Assembly (NCBI GenBank): GCA_963721455.1
Contig: CAVRJG010000054.1
Coordinates: 1-64,000 of the forward strand
Length of the DNA: 64,000 nt
From: an uncultured Methanosarcinaceae archaeon
GTDB lineage: Archaea > Halobacteriota > Methanosarcinia > Methanosarcinales > Methanosarcinaceae
Direction of reading: 5' to 3'
Below the pieces are notes generated by a model. It saw only the letters and a program-made list of their open reading frames with translations. It was not told where the DNA came from and searched no databases. The position numbers and the translations under genes were made by a program. How positions within the stretch are numbered: the stretch's first letter is position 1; each line of letters opens with the position of its first letter. Positions 42,179 through 53,780 of the stretch are shown in pieces.

Positions 42179-44596
42179 TCAGGCCTCCTTGCAAAGTCTC
42201 TTAAGGTTAGTCGGCTGTGCAGAGACATCGAACTTGATCTTCGGGCCGGAAATGATTTTCTTCTTCTTCCAGTCTATTTCCCATCCATGCTCAGATTCAA
42301 GTTTCTTCAGGAGCATTTCACGCTTGGCGAGTGGGATGTCAGCTTCATTCCGGACAAATTTCCACCAGTCATCGGGTATGATACCAAGGAACTTCTCGCT
42401 GAGCTCTATCCAGTGGGTCAACTTAATGGACCTGCCCATGCTGTTGTCGGACGGACGGATACAGTTCTTTGCCATCATTATACAGGCTTCCTGCCAGGTC
42501 TCTGCAGTGGTTATAAGGAATTCCGGAGCAGGTGGGATTGCCATTTCAGAACCGTTTCTGCTGTCGTAAACCTTCCACTTGGAATCGTCGTAGGTCTTGG
42601 CGATCAGGGCTCTCCTGTACTTTCCGCTGTGGGGTCCGAGCACTGCTGGGATACCGTACATGTTACATCCGGTACCTATGGCAGCTGCCTTCTGGGAGTA
42701 TGCACCCCATGCAAGCCCTACTGCACCGACACGGGTCAGAGTGTAGTCAGCAATTTCAGCGAGGTTGCCTGAAAGGTTCCTGCCTGCAAAGATTGCAGCG
42801 ACCTTGTGGGCTGTACCTGAGATGTGAGCGTTCGAGACACAGGACCCGGTATTAAGGATGTTACCTTTTTCGAACCTTCCGGGGTACCTCTCGTAGAGAG
42901 TCTTGCCGTCAGCATCCTTGTACATACCGATGTCCATTGCAGAACATCCGGAAACTGCAAGCAGGTAGTTCCTGCCGAGAAGCTCTTCTGCGATGTTGTA
43001 AACGTCCTTGGAGCCTGCAGGGTAGTTGGAACATCCGATAATTGCGATAACACCAGGAGTGGTACCCATAACCAGGTTCAGACCTTCTGCCCTGATCTCG
43101 GCATCGCTTACCTGACCTCTTCCAGCTCTTACAAGGCCCTTCTCTTCGGCAATTGCCTTCTGGGCAGCCTTCTCAATGAGGTTCAGGACAGGTATCTCCT
43201 TGTTGCAGACCTGTTCACACCTGCGGCAGCCTACACAAAGGTCGTGCAGTTCTTCCAGGGCAGAGTAGTCTCCTCCCTTAGCTATTGCGATTGCTTCTGG
43301 GATTTCCAGTTCTTCGGGGCATGCCAGTGCACATTCTCCACATTCCACACACTTGGAGACTAGATCTTTCATTTCTTCGTCTGTGGGGATGGCTGTGATT
43401 CCTTCTGCATCGCGGATCGGGGCCATCGCTAGAGCGACCTTGGGCACAAGTTCTCCGAGTTTTTCATAATCCAGCATCACACAGCCAGGGATCTTGCCAC
43501 TTACCAGGTCTTCTACGATTGCATCTACATCATCATTGGTCCTGTCTGGCAGGCCGTACATGATCTTTTCATTAGATGCGATGACCGGGATCTTAAGCTT
43601 CTGGCCTTCGACTACGAGGTCAGCTCTTACGCACTGTTCATCAAGAACGATTACATCAGGAATTCCGGAGCGTACTACCTTTAACTCCTTTGAAATGGTA
43701 CCGACGATCTTTGCATAGGGGGCTTTCCTGTCTTCCCTCTTGTACCTGGTCATATCGAATGCGGTACAGCAGAGACCTCCGATTTCCATCTTGTCAGTCA
43801 GGTCATGGTCTTCCATATAGTCCATGATGTAAGTGACACCGGCAACGTTGTGCCCGATGGCGATGATGACTGGCTTTGAGGCATCAATGGTTCCCATGCC
43901 GACTTCCACAAGCGGGACGTCAGGGTCAGATTTAGGGAAACCAAGGGCAGTAACCTGAGCGATATCGGAAACTTCCATACCAACATGGTCCAGAATTCCG
44001 GCAAGCATCGACTTGTTATCGTAGTCAATTGCTGCTCCTTCCTGTCCTGCGTGTATGGTTGCAAGCAACTGGCCCAGCTCTTCTTCAACATATTCCATTA
44101 TGGGTTTGAGGTCGCCGAGGGTCTTCGGCTGCAGGCCTGTGACAAGCTGAATGTTGGGGGCAATTACGTTTGAAGCTCCCATGTTGATCGGCATGTCTTC
44201 CCCAAAAAGGTCAATTATATGATTGAGCAGGTGGCGGCCGTGGGCGCTGTGGCAGGCACAGCCCGTGATGCAGCGCAGGAAGAACTCTCTTGCAGTCTGA
44301 CCTTTCATGTCAATACCGCAGGCACCTCTCTTGTTCCCTTCCAGGTTACATGGTCCGAAGGTACAGTAGCAGCACTGGTCACACATGGGGGTGTAGACAG
44401 GCTCGTAGCGATCGAACAGTGTAAAACTCCAGTCCCTTAATGTAGCAATTGAAGGGAAGGGAGTTGGACCCATCGGGCCTTGTTCTTCTTTTGCTTCTTT
44501 AGCAGCCTCCTTTGCTGCCCCTACAATATTATTAATAGTGATCTGAACAGACTCCAGATCTTCTATAGAAAAACTCCCGGTAGTTAGTTTGCTCAT
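42179..44596 (-). CDS. cdhA: ACDS complex alpha subunit (CO dehydrogenase)
   Basis: [19 protein letters not shown], two CxxCxxC ferredoxin motifs and GSCVSN. Confidence 0.98.
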   Translation of the reverse strand: MSKLTTGSFSIEDLESVQITINNIVGAAKEAAKEAKEEQGPMGPTPFPSIATLRDWSFTLFDRYEPVYTPMCDQCCYCTFGPCNLEGNKRGACGIDMKGQTAREFFLRCITGCACHSAHGRHLLNHIIDLFGEDMPINMGASNVIAPNIQLVTGLQPKTLGDLKPIMEYVEEELGQLLATIHAGQEGAAIDYDNKSMLAGILDHVGMEVSDIAQVTALGFPKSDPDVPLVEVGMGTIDASKPVIIAIGHNVAGVTYIMDYMEDHDLTDKMEIGGLCCTAFDMTRYKREDRKAPYAKIVGTISKELKVVRSGIPDVIVLDEQCVRADLVVEGQKLKIPVIASNEKIMYGLPDRTNDDVDAIVEDLVSGKIPGCVMLDYEKLGELVPKVALAMAPIRDAEGITAIPTDEEMKDLVSKCVECGECALACPEELEIPEAIAIAKGGDYSALEELHDLCVGCRRCEQVCNKEIPVLNLIEKAAQKAIAEEKGLVRAGRGQVSDAEIRAEGLNLVMGTTPGVIAIIGCSNYPAGSKDVYNIAEELLGRNYLLAVSGCSAMDIGMYKDADGKTLYERYPGRFEKGNILNTGSCVSNAHISGTAHKVAAIFAGRNLSGNLAEIADYTLTRVGAVGLAWGAYSQKAAAIGTGCNMYGIPAVLGPHSGKYRRALIAKTYDDSKWKVYDSRNGSEMAIPPAPEFLITTAETWQEACIMMAKNCIRPSDNSMGRSIKLTHWIELSEKFLGIIPDDWWKFVRNEADIPLAKREMLLKKLESEHGWEIDWKKKKIISGPKIKFDVSAQPTNLKRLCKEA

Positions 44597-44997
44597 TTGA
44601 GCTTTTCCTCCTAAATTTGTTTAAAATTAACTTCGCCTAGACGATTGCGATTTTATAATGTATGGCATATTCTTCATGATTATACATTATGTATATTGCC
44701 GTCTGCTTTAAAGTTACAACCGTTTAATAACGTTTTTTTTGGTAAAACGTTTATAAGCTATTTTTTCAAATACTAAACGTCATACCAACAATTTTTCAAA
44801 TAGAACCGTTTTTATCGGGGCTATTTTCCCTGCAAAAGTCGTTTTTAGGGCCTTATTTCTCTTCCATGTCCTTTTTTACGCCCTATATCTCAAAAAAACC
44901 GTTTTTGCCAACGATTGAGACCTTAATCTTGAGCAGAGGTCGCTACCGATGGATAATAAACACTAATTAAATGTCTAAACGTATCAAATCTATATAA
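44597..44997 (-). promoter_or_regulatory. cdh promoter (TTATATAG) and ~370-nt 5' leader
   Basis: TATA box at 44990-44997 on the minus strand predicts a start near 44967; consistent with the long regulatory leader known for methanosarcinal cdh operons. Confidence 0.65.
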
Positions 44998-46184
44998 CAT
45001 TTTCTAATTTGTAACACGCTATTTCGAGAAGGGTAAAATGGAATATTCGCAATCAACCAACTTTAAAAATTTATTGAAATTAATTGTATAACCGGTATAT
45101 TGATGTCTCAAGACGCTGTTTTTTAAGTGAAATATTTTAAGGTACCTGTACTTTCTTTCCCAGTAATATTAATTGTTATTAATTATGCTTTTTTTTCACA
45201 TTTAAAACAAAAAATTCTATAAATATTTGTTACTGGCTGCTGTACGGATCCTTACATATAAATTATATTTCCCGTGAATATATTATTTAAAAAAATATTT
45301 GGAATTTTATATTTTTCCTTCTAATAAATAAATCAAAAATTATTTATATCTTTAATATCCGCGGGCAAGTTTACACAGTAAACGCTGTAAACCGTTTTCG
45401 CGTTTTTTTCAGGAAAGAGATAAATATGATTTTCTCATTTGAATATTGATTGATGTATTTTCCAATTTGAATAATATCTATTGAAATTTAAAATACATTT
45501 AATCTACTCTTGAACATATCAATTATATTCTCATCAAGAGTTGTTTGTACTCTATACTGAGTTTAAAGATCCGGATTTATTTCACTGGAGATCCGGAATG
45601 AAGACAAATTGATTTATTCAAAGAGAGACTTCTGAAAACAGAATATCTATAATTAAGGTAAGATTCTAATCCAGGGTATTTGGAAATTTATGTAGGCCTC
45701 CGTGCTTACAATTAGTAACTTTACTTCACTAAGGATTTGTAACGAAATAACTTAGGCACATAGACAATTTAGTTAAAGTTAAATCATCTATCTTGCTCGT
45801 GAAAGTTATTTAATACATTCTTAAAAACTGCCTATGTTATTTCGTGGTGGGTCCTAATTGCAATGTATTATATGTTCCAGGTGTTCAGTCAGTATTTTAA
45901 CCCTCAAGTATACAGTTATACACAGGTTAGAGGGATTCAAATGTGTACAATATAATTTGTTATGCGGAACTTTGTACTCAAACATTATAAATAAGGACTT
46001 ATTGGGTGCATATACGCCGAAGACCAAACCATTGATATCACTGCATATTAACATCACTTTAATCTGGTTTGCAGGTGAGGTGTTCTAATTGCCTCAATAT
46101 TCAGGTAGTTTTATTAATTAAACTGGAGAGTAATTGGAAACATGTTTGACCTTAACTTATCTTATATCTATGGGGGCGGAACAG

Positions 46185-46808
46185 GTGGCAGATAAAGGTT
46201 ATATTTTCACAAGCCCTTCGATAGTAATCATTGTCCTCTGCATAATTTCTTACTTTATAGAAACAATTCCCGGCATAGGGTCTATTTATGGAAACGCCTT
46301 TCAGTTTGACCCCCATTTCCTTTTTACAAGGCCATGGACGCTTATCACATACATCTTTCTGCACATCGGTTTATGGCATCTTTTCTTCAATATGCTCGTC
46401 CTGTACTTCTTCGGGACTGCACTTGAGAGTCGGGCCGGGAACAAACAGCTTCTGGCAATTTTTTTCACCGCCGGAATTCTATCCGCAATAGGGTATACTT
46501 TTTTAAGCGGGCCTATTTTCAATATCGCACCTGGCCCCATGGTTGGCGCAAGCGGGGCGATTTACGGGGTCTTTGCAGCCCTTACAATGCTTGAGCCGGA
46601 ACACCGCGTCTATGTCTACTTTATTCCAATGAGGCTAAAACATGCCCTCGTGCTTTTTGCTCTCTTTGATTTTCTTATGGTTGGTTCCTCGGACATGATA
46701 GCCCATACAGCCCACCTCTGCGGGCTCTTTGTCGGGCTCTACATGGGTCTTCGCATGAAGAATATCGAGGAGAAGAATGTAAAATCCAGGTACATCGGCA
46801 GGTGGTGA
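46185..46808 (+). CDS. Rhomboid family intramembrane serine protease
   Basis: PWTLITYIFLH, HLFFNM, GASGA and AHTAHLCG; GTG start inferred. Confidence 0.95.
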   Translation: MADKGYIFTSPSIVIIVLCIISYFIETIPGIGSIYGNAFQFDPHFLFTRPWTLITYIFLHIGLWHLFFNMLVLYFFGTALESRAGNKQLLAIFFTAGILSAIGYTFLSGPIFNIAPGPMVGASGAIYGVFAALTMLEPEHRVYVYFIPMRLKHALVLFALFDFLMVGSSDMIAHTAHLCGLFVGLYMGLRMKNIEEKNVKSRYIGRW

Positions 46809-47224
46809 GTCTGGAAGGGGGGAACCTTCTCCAGGATACATATTATTATCCAAGACCCGAGCCCGGAGAGAAAATCCCTATCCAGGTCTTAAATTTCAGG
46901 AGATTATTTGCAGCATGGTTCCCGGGGTTGAAAAAGACCCTCTACTTTGAAAAACTGCCTGAAAATGAGAACCTGAAAAGGGTAAGGGAAATTATTCTTC
47001 TCCAGGTCTACGACTGGCTCGCGGGAAGGGAAGGGCTAATAGAACTTACTGATTTTGAATTTGAGCAATTTATGAGGGTCTATGAAGCTTTCCTGCAAAA
47101 TCTCGGGGAAATTCAATATATTAGGCGCAAAAAAGGGCGAAAGACGGAAAATATCTTTGAACTCGTGGAATCTTCATATGTCGTCCGGGAAGTAAAAAAA
47201 GGGCCCTTTTCCGATAAATTATAA
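46802..47224 (+). CDS. Hypothetical protein
   Basis: 140-aa ORF overlapping the rhomboid stop codon. Confidence 0.7.
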   Translation: MVSLEGGNLLQDTYYYPRPEPGEKIPIQVLNFRRLFAAWFPGLKKTLYFEKLPENENLKRVREIILLQVYDWLAGREGLIELTDFEFEQFMRVYEAFLQNLGEIQYIRRKKGRKTENIFELVESSYVVREVKKGPFSDKL

Positions 47225-47636
47225 TTATATAAATTATATATTATGTTTTATAGTTCGGGGTTTTTATCCGACCCGATATTTTTCCCGTTCATTGCGCAGG
47301 AAGGATCTCCGTTTTTTCAGGCAAGCCCTTAAAAGGAAAAAGTTACAAACTGTAATTGCCTGAATATGCAAATGTTTTACTACAGAAAAGCAGATATTAG
47401 ATATCATCGGATTGTTATTCAAATTGCGGCATCAGGATCCAATTTCAGTAATCCGGAACTGCAAACTTCGAACATGCTGCCGACTGATGGCTGAAGCATA
47501 GACTCTGCACCGGCGGATTGGAGGGCTGCTGGAAGTGTCGCTTCCCTCTTGAGTTGATGCCGCATTATCATGCGGCGCATGAAAATATATAAGATTGCAG
47601 GTTCCGTGAACTGCAAGATCACAGAGGACATTGATA

Positions 47637-48221
47637 ATGAAACCTGTAAAAAGCGGAATTGACTCCATATCCAAATACCTCCGCTCGAAAAAAGAAGTTG
47701 GCAGGAGGAAAATAGGGCTTCTAGTGGATGGTCCGAACATCCTCAGAAAAGAATTTGATGTAAATCTGGAGGAGATAAGGGACGTCCTGAAAGACTATGG
47801 AAATATCAAAATCGGGCGCGTTTTCCTTAATCAGTACGCCTCTGATAAACTTGTGGAAGCCATCGAAAACCATGGGCTTGAGCCCATAATCTGTTCCAGC
47901 GATGTTGATGTGCGCCTCGCGGTAGAGGGCATGGAGCTGGTATATAACCCTAACATTGACACTCTTGCGATCGTGACCAGGGACGCGGACTTCAAGCCGC
48001 TTCTGAACAAAGCAAATGAACATGGCAAAGAGACTATTATCTTCGGTGTTGAACCTGGTTTTTCCACAGCGCTCAAGAATTCCGCAGACTATGTTATTCT
48101 TCTGAAGAAGGATCGGATGAGCAGTTACGACGAGTCAGGCGGGGCAGGAACCGGTGAAAAAAAAATTGATGCACCTGAATATCAGGACAGCTTGTGTGAA
48201 GAATCCGTTGAAAAGACCTGA
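47637..48221 (+). CDS. NYN-domain (LabA/DUF88, TIGR00288-like) putative RNase
   Basis: LLVDGPN, DVDVRLA, TRDADF.PL and S..LKNSAD motifs. Confidence 0.9.
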   Translation: MKPVKSGIDSISKYLRSKKEVGRRKIGLLVDGPNILRKEFDVNLEEIRDVLKDYGNIKIGRVFLNQYASDKLVEAIENHGLEPIICSSDVDVRLAVEGMELVYNPNIDTLAIVTRDADFKPLLNKANEHGKETIIFGVEPGFSTALKNSADYVILLKKDRMSSYDESGGAGTGEKKIDAPEYQDSLCEESVEKT

Positions 48222-48236
48222 TTTATAGAACGAAGC

Positions 48237-48276
48237 GTGAAACCCGTTAAGTCTTTTGATTTAGCGGGTAGTTCAC
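48237..48276 (+). mobile_element. Hairpin resembling an orphan IS200/IS605 right end (or a bidirectional terminator)
   Basis: GTGAA-ACCCGTTAAGTC-TTTT-GATTTAGCGGGT-AGTTCAC between convergent genes. Confidence 0.45.
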
Positions 48277-48310
48277 ACCTGTTCTTTTATGATATTCCTT
48301 CCCCACTTTT

Positions 48311-49288
48311 TTAAGGATAATCGACATCTACGCCCAGGATCTCTTTTTCTCCTGCAAAAACGTCCCGTGCTATCTCGGCACAGCCTATTGCAGCATGCCA
48401 CTTCCCGAGACACCGGCATTCCTGCCCCACATGTGCACGGATTTTTTTCTGCACGTATTCTACTTCGCCCACCGAGCCCGCAAGAAATATTTCTCCGGTT
48501 ATCCCATAGTCCTTGAGAAGGAGCTGCATTGAAGCTATTTCCATAGACGCAAACAGGGCAATAGTATCCAGAGCAAGGAGAGCCAAGCTTTCTCCTTTTT
48601 CGGCAGCACTGAGTAATTCTTCCCTATCTTTATATTGGGTCATTTTCAGGGCCCCTGCCTCTATAAAAGCCTGGTTTGCGGTCAGGTGCCCGTTGTCCAC
48701 ATCCCTTATAGCTTGCAGGTCAAGAGGGCCATGGTGAATGCCCGGGGCAAATATGCAGGCATCGATTGCACCAATTACCTTTCCGTCAGCAACGGCAAGG
48801 GTAACAGTATTTGAACTTATATCGGAAACAACGAAATCCTTATAGCCAAGACACACGATGTGGTAAGCAATTCCCAGCTTTTCCGGGCTTGTAAGATGGG
48901 AAAACACCTTCATTCTGGAATCCACTTTGCTTTCCATATGAAGGCCAGGGATTGCTATCGCAGGAATTCCAGAGTATCGGATAGCGTCAAAAACTCTTGT
49001 GCCTCCCCCTGTCTTTTTTCCAGCTCCTTCAGTGCTTTTGAGCCCTCTTCCTTCCAGGTTCTTTATGTCCTTAATTGTGGAAAAGCCGTCTCCCATTGAG
49101 TATGTCAGCGCAACGAGGTCAATGGTTTCACGCCGGACTCCGAATTTCTCTTCAAGAGATGCAAGGATCTCATTTTCTGACATGGCAGCTGCTTCAGCCC
49201 TCCCAAGCTCAAAGGTAAGGGTCCTGTCCTCTTTTATCAGAGCAAAACGCATTGCAGTTGTTCCATGGTCAATCCCTATAAATGTCAA
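48311..49288 (-). CDS. Methanogenesis marker protein 12 (ASKHA-like)
   Basis: FIGIDHGTTAMRFA, TYSMGD, GGGTRVFD and DISSNTVT. Confidence 0.85.
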   Translation of the reverse strand: MTFIGIDHGTTAMRFALIKEDRTLTFELGRAEAAAMSENEILASLEEKFGVRRETIDLVALTYSMGDGFSTIKDIKNLEGRGLKSTEGAGKKTGGGTRVFDAIRYSGIPAIAIPGLHMESKVDSRMKVFSHLTSPEKLGIAYHIVCLGYKDFVVSDISSNTVTLAVADGKVIGAIDACIFAPGIHHGPLDLQAIRDVDNGHLTANQAFIEAGALKMTQYKDREELLSAAEKGESLALLALDTIALFASMEIASMQLLLKDYGITGEIFLAGSVGEVEYVQKKIRAHVGQECRCLGKWHAAIGCAEIARDVFAGEKEILGVDVDYP

Positions 49289-49311
49289 CTAGTTGTCTCT
49301 CCTTTAACGCC

Positions 49312-49674
49312 TCATAGGGCAGTTCTTAAGATCTCATTCAGCTCATTCATAATTCTATCTCCCTCTTCAGCGGTCCCAACTGTCGTCACCAGTCTGACTT
49401 CCTGGAAACTCCTGCCTTCAGAGAGCAATAGCCTCAAGTTTCCTCTCGCATCCGCACGCAGAACCTTTCCGGTCAGACTTCCTCCTGCAATGCCTTTTAC
49501 AGAAATCACGGATGGAATTACCTTTTTTACCTCAGGGTGCTGGCTTACCAGTTTTACGAGCTTTTTTCCAGCCCTTCCCCCGATAATTGTCGTATGGACT
49601 CCACCAAGCTTATTCTTTGAGGAGCTTTGTGTGTTTTCCTGTAAGTTACTTTTATTTTCCGCCATTGTAGTCAA
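49312..49674 (-). CDS. DUF2103 family protein
   Basis: KLGGVHTTIIGG...HPEVKKVIPSVI...FQEVRLVTT. Confidence 0.75.
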   Translation of the reverse strand: MTTMAENKSNLQENTQSSSKNKLGGVHTTIIGGRAGKKLVKLVSQHPEVKKVIPSVISVKGIAGGSLTGKVLRADARGNLRLLLSEGRSFQEVRLVTTVGTAEEGDRIMNELNEILRTAL

Positions 49675-49940
49675 ACCGGTAACCTATTCTCATGGCAACT
49701 TTCTCATTCTCTTATTTATTCTTTTTTATATTTATTATGTATATTTATTCATCCGGTTAGAATCTCAGGGAAGTCTTTCCGGCTATAAGGTGTCTTGTGA
49801 GGATTTTGCCCTGAAGCCAGAAGCTGTAAAAAGAAGCCGCTCCAGAATACCGAAAACACATATATGTGCCGAATTCTGGATCATTTCTTGTGTTTCCTTC
49901 AAAACTGCCTTCTTTCCGGAAACCCGTTTTTCCATTAAAA

Positions 49941-50390
49941 TCAGATTTTTTCAAGTTCTTTCATGCCGATGAGCTTGATATTATCCTCTTCAAGCGTTTT
50001 TATTGCCTTTTCAATTTCGTTAACCCTGACGATTAAAAGGGCTTTCTGATCCTTAGTGACAAAAGCATATGCATAATCAAGGTTAATCTTGGCTTTCCCA
50101 AACACTTCCGCAATACGGGACATGCTACCAGGAACATCCTCCATTTCAATTCCCAGGACGCTGGTTTCGGAAACAGTAAACCCTGCATCATGGAGTACGC
50201 TGTGGGCATAATCGGACCTGTCCACAACCATCCGGATTATCCCGAAGTCTCCGGATTCGGCAATGGTAAATGCCCTGATGTTTATACCGGCACTTTTTAG
50301 TTTATTCGCAACATTTGCAAGTCGGCCAGGCTTATTTTCCGCAAAAAGGGAAATCTGCTTTATAACTTTATCTTCTATTCCAGCACCCAT
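49941..50390 (-). CDS. Tandem ACT-domain protein
   Basis: QISLFAENKPGRLA...INIRAFTIA and EDVPGSM...INLDYAYAF; adjacent to a CoA ligase. Confidence 0.92.
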   Translation of the reverse strand: MGAGIEDKVIKQISLFAENKPGRLANVANKLKSAGINIRAFTIAESGDFGIIRMVVDRSDYAHSVLHDAGFTVSETSVLGIEMEDVPGSMSRIAEVFGKAKINLDYAYAFVTKDQKALLIVRVNEIEKAIKTLEEDNIKLIGMKELEKI

Positions 50391-50638
50391 ATCCTTACAT
50401 CCCTTGTTCTTTTTCTTATTTTTCTTTTATTCTCGTTTTAATCTTTTTACTCAGAATATAATATAAGTTTCTATGTATATTTTAAGCTTACAGGTCTAAG
50501 ATTGCCCTTACATCGATATGATTAATTTTATATCGGGCTCCGGTTTAAAGAGAAATTTAAAAGACATCGGAGCCAAAAAAAGAAAACCTGCAGGACAATG
50601 GCATTCTGCAGGTTCTGGCATTTCTATTATCGGGGTCT

Positions 50639-51952
50639 TCAAATCTTCCGATTATCGATGACTTTCTTTGATTTTCCTTCCGAACGGGGTAGAGAGCCGT
50701 GTTCCACCAGCTCCACTTCGACTGCAAGGTTCAGTACGCTTCTCAGAGCGCCTGAAACCTTCTTTTTAAGCGCCATCATGTCTGACATTTTGTCGCTGAA
50801 AGCAGACTCATGCATTTCTATCTGGACTTTGATGGAGTCAAGAGGCCCAATCCTTTCTACAATAATCATGAAATGGTTCCCTACTTCAGGGATTTTCATA
50901 AGTACCGATTCGACCTGTCCAGGGAATACATTGATACCGCGCACGATGATCATGTCATCCGAGCGCCCGCTGATGCGTGTAATCCTGGGGTGGGTTCTCC
51001 CGCACCTGCAGGGTTCCGAAAGCTTTCGTGTAAGGTCCCTTACCCTGTAACGAATAAGCGGTAGGGCTTCTTTAGTAAGAGTTGTGATTACGAGTTCGCC
51101 AGTCTCTCCGTCAGGGACAGGCTCTCCTGTTTCGGGGACCAGGATTTCCACCAGAAACTTATCTGCCCAGATATGGATCCCGCACTGCTCCGAACATTCG
51201 GTAAAAAGCGGGCCGCTCATTTCCGAAGTCCCGTAAATATCATAGGCTTTAATCCCGGATTCGTCTTCTATCCTTGTCTTGAGTTCCTCAGACCACGGTT
51301 CGGCCCCGAAAAATCCCATCTTTAGTTTCGTTTCGTTCCTGATGCTGATGCCTTCTTTTCTTGCGGTTTCGATCATATAAAGGAAGTAAGAAGGCGTGCA
51401 GGCTATGGCGGTCGTGCCAAGGTCTTTCATCAGTTCAAGCTGGCGTTCGGTATTCCCGGAGCTTGTGGGGAGTACGGTTGCACCCAGTTTTTCGCTTCCG
51501 TAGTGAGCACCGAGCCCACCCGTGAAAAGCCCGTACCCGTAACTGACCTGAAGAATATCATCTTTCCCCACTCCGACAGAAGTAAATCCCCTTGCAAGGG
51601 ACTCAGCCCATTCATCTATGTCCTTTTGAGTGTACCCTACGACAATCGGTTTGCCTGTTGTACCCGAAGAGGCGTGAAATCGGACCAGTTTTGAGTTCGG
51701 GACGCAAAACATGCCTGTGGGATAAGTGTCTCTGAGATCCTGCTTAACTGTAAAAGGTAACTTTCTGACATCTTCGAGAGTTCGGATGTCTTCCGGCCTA
51801 ACACCGTGTTCGTCAAACCTTTTTCTATAGAAAGGGGAGTTCTCATACACATAATGTACGAGGTGTTTCAATTTTTCTTCCTGCAGTTTTTTCAAATCCT
51901 CTACAGGCATTGTCTCTATTTCAGGATCCCAGTATGCTGGCATTTCGTTCAC
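50639..51952 (-). CDS. Phenylacetate--CoA ligase family protein
   Basis: HASSGTTGKP, YGTSE, PLIRYR..D and GRSDDMIIVRGINVFP. Confidence 0.93.
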   Translation of the reverse strand: MNEMPAYWDPEIETMPVEDLKKLQEEKLKHLVHYVYENSPFYRKRFDEHGVRPEDIRTLEDVRKLPFTVKQDLRDTYPTGMFCVPNSKLVRFHASSGTTGKPIVVGYTQKDIDEWAESLARGFTSVGVGKDDILQVSYGYGLFTGGLGAHYGSEKLGATVLPTSSGNTERQLELMKDLGTTAIACTPSYFLYMIETARKEGISIRNETKLKMGFFGAEPWSEELKTRIEDESGIKAYDIYGTSEMSGPLFTECSEQCGIHIWADKFLVEILVPETGEPVPDGETGELVITTLTKEALPLIRYRVRDLTRKLSEPCRCGRTHPRITRISGRSDDMIIVRGINVFPGQVESVLMKIPEVGNHFMIIVERIGPLDSIKVQIEMHESAFSDKMSDMMALKKKVSGALRSVLNLAVEVELVEHGSLPRSEGKSKKVIDNRKI

Positions 51953-52279
51953 ACTCTGTATGTCTTATATTATGGGCTTTCAGTCAGATGCCTAATATTT
52001 TCGGCGGATGTAGACTTCCGGCATATATGGTATGAAGATTAAGCTGGATTCTAATATAAATAATAGCTGTTAGGCTAAAAAGGTTTTTTATATCAACCTA
52101 AAAACCGGCTGCAGAACATGTAGTTGGTTCCCCGACAAACCATGTCTCAGAAGCTCTGTTTTAAAAATAACCAGGTAAATTTGCCCATAACAGGAAAATT
52201 ATATAATTCTCATATTCCGAAAGTTTGTCAGGCACGCCGGGGTTTGAAATTATTATGAATTTTCGTTCTTTTTGAAAAA

Positions 52280-53287
52280 TCACTCATCTTCAGGTTCTTT
52301 GATTTCATCTTCAAAAGAAATGTCTTTTGACGCTGCTCCAAGGGATGCTTCAAGAATCTTCTTTGTCCTTTCCCTGCATTTATTCAACACTTCTTGCATG
52401 TCTGCAATCACATCGATTCCTGCAGCCCCCGAATGCCCGCCGCCTGTGCCGTTGTATTCGTTACTTATATCTTCCATCAACTGGCCAAGGTTAACTCCGG
52501 CATTTACAGCGTCACGTTTCGCTCTTGCACTTATTCTGACGCTTTCACCTCTGGCTGTACCGACAAAAGCAATATCTGCCCCTATATTAACGAGCATGGA
52601 GGATGCAGACCCTCCGAAAGAGCTGACATGAGAAGATGCGATCAACATATCCTGCACTCTATCGAGTTCAATGCGGCTTGCTGCTTTCAGAATAGCTATA
52701 CGCATGGAAATATCCTGTGGGGTAGCAGCCATAAGATCCAGCACTTCCCCGTATTCAACTCCGCTGGCCGCTATAATTTTTGCCACTGTCCGGAACGTAT
52801 CCACTGATGCGTGTTTGAAATGCCCGGTATCTGTTACGATCCCGGTGAGCATCCCGATCCCCACTCTCCTGTTAATCGGTGCCCCCATTGCTTTTAAAAT
52901 ATCGTAGACTATTTCCACAGTAGAAGTAGTGTTCCGGTGCAGGTAAAATTCGGCATTTTCTGTTAGAGCAGTAGTCGTATGGTGATCGATCACGCAATAG
53001 CTGGTAAGCTCTATATCATTTAATTGCGCTTTTGTCGAAGTATCAACTACGACGACAAACCCGTAATTTGCAGGATCCGGTTTATCCACGACCGCTATCC
53101 CGAGCCTCTCGACCAGGACGGACGCAACGCGGTTACAACCGTCCACGAGGCCGACCGTACCCCCAATAGCTTCTGAAAGGGCAAAAGCACTGCTGACGGC
53201 ATCCGGATCTGCATTCCGGTGGCACAAATATAATATGTTTCGATAGTCAAGGAGCCGGTTGAAAAACTCCGCTTCATCAACTTGCAT
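52280..53287 (-). CDS. DHH/DHHA1 family phosphoesterase
   Basis: HRNADPDA, IDHH, TDTGHF and GGGHSGAAG. Confidence 0.93.
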   Translation of the reverse strand: MQVDEAEFFNRLLDYRNILYLCHRNADPDAVSSAFALSEAIGGTVGLVDGCNRVASVLVERLGIAVVDKPDPANYGFVVVVDTSTKAQLNDIELTSYCVIDHHTTTALTENAEFYLHRNTTSTVEIVYDILKAMGAPINRRVGIGMLTGIVTDTGHFKHASVDTFRTVAKIIAASGVEYGEVLDLMAATPQDISMRIAILKAASRIELDRVQDMLIASSHVSSFGGSASSMLVNIGADIAFVGTARGESVRISARAKRDAVNAGVNLGQLMEDISNEYNGTGGGHSGAAGIDVIADMQEVLNKCRERTKKILEASLGAASKDISFEDEIKEPEDE

Positions 53288-53426
53288 TGTTCACTCTGGC
53301 TATCGTTTTTATAGGCATCGATTTTCCCGGATCCAATGATTCCGGGATTTCTAAATGATCTCTAATGTAACTTCTAGCAAAGCTGCATTTTATTTTCGAT
53401 TCCGCATGTGGGAATGAAAAATAAAT

Positions 53427-53780
53427 TTATTGTGCCCTGGGGCCCAGTGCCTGCTGGATTTGCTCCTGAAGCTGTTTAAAGCGAGATGTGAGCCTTTCTT
53501 CCTGCCTGGAAATGGACTGAAGCCTGAGCGACAGAGTTTCTTCCCTGTCTTTCAGTTTTGAAATGGACTCCTCTTTGCTCGTTTTTATTACCAGCTCTCC
53601 TACACTACGATAGATTATTGAATCGTCAGTAAGTCTTTCTAACTCATCAAGAGCCATCTTGGACTCTTTTTGCATAGCTTCAATCTGTGATTTTTGCATG
53701 GCCATAGCCTGGATTTGCTGCTGTATCTGCTGAAGCTGTGCTATCTGGTTCTGGATTTGAGGAGGTAATTCTGCAGTCAT
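53427..53780 (-). CDS. pfdB: Prefoldin beta subunit
   Basis: Coiled coils flanking IYRSVGELVIK. Confidence 0.95.
   Translation of the reverse strand: MTAELPPQIQNQIAQLQQIQQQIQAMAMQKSQIEAMQKESKMALDELERLTDDSIIYRSVGELVIKTSKEESISKLKDREETLSLRLQSISRQEERLTSRFKQLQEQIQQALGPRAQ

Noticed and set aside
45000-46130. Hidden gene in the long AT-rich gap upstream of cdhA
   Set aside because: Only short ORFs with no motifs or RBS; cannot be supported
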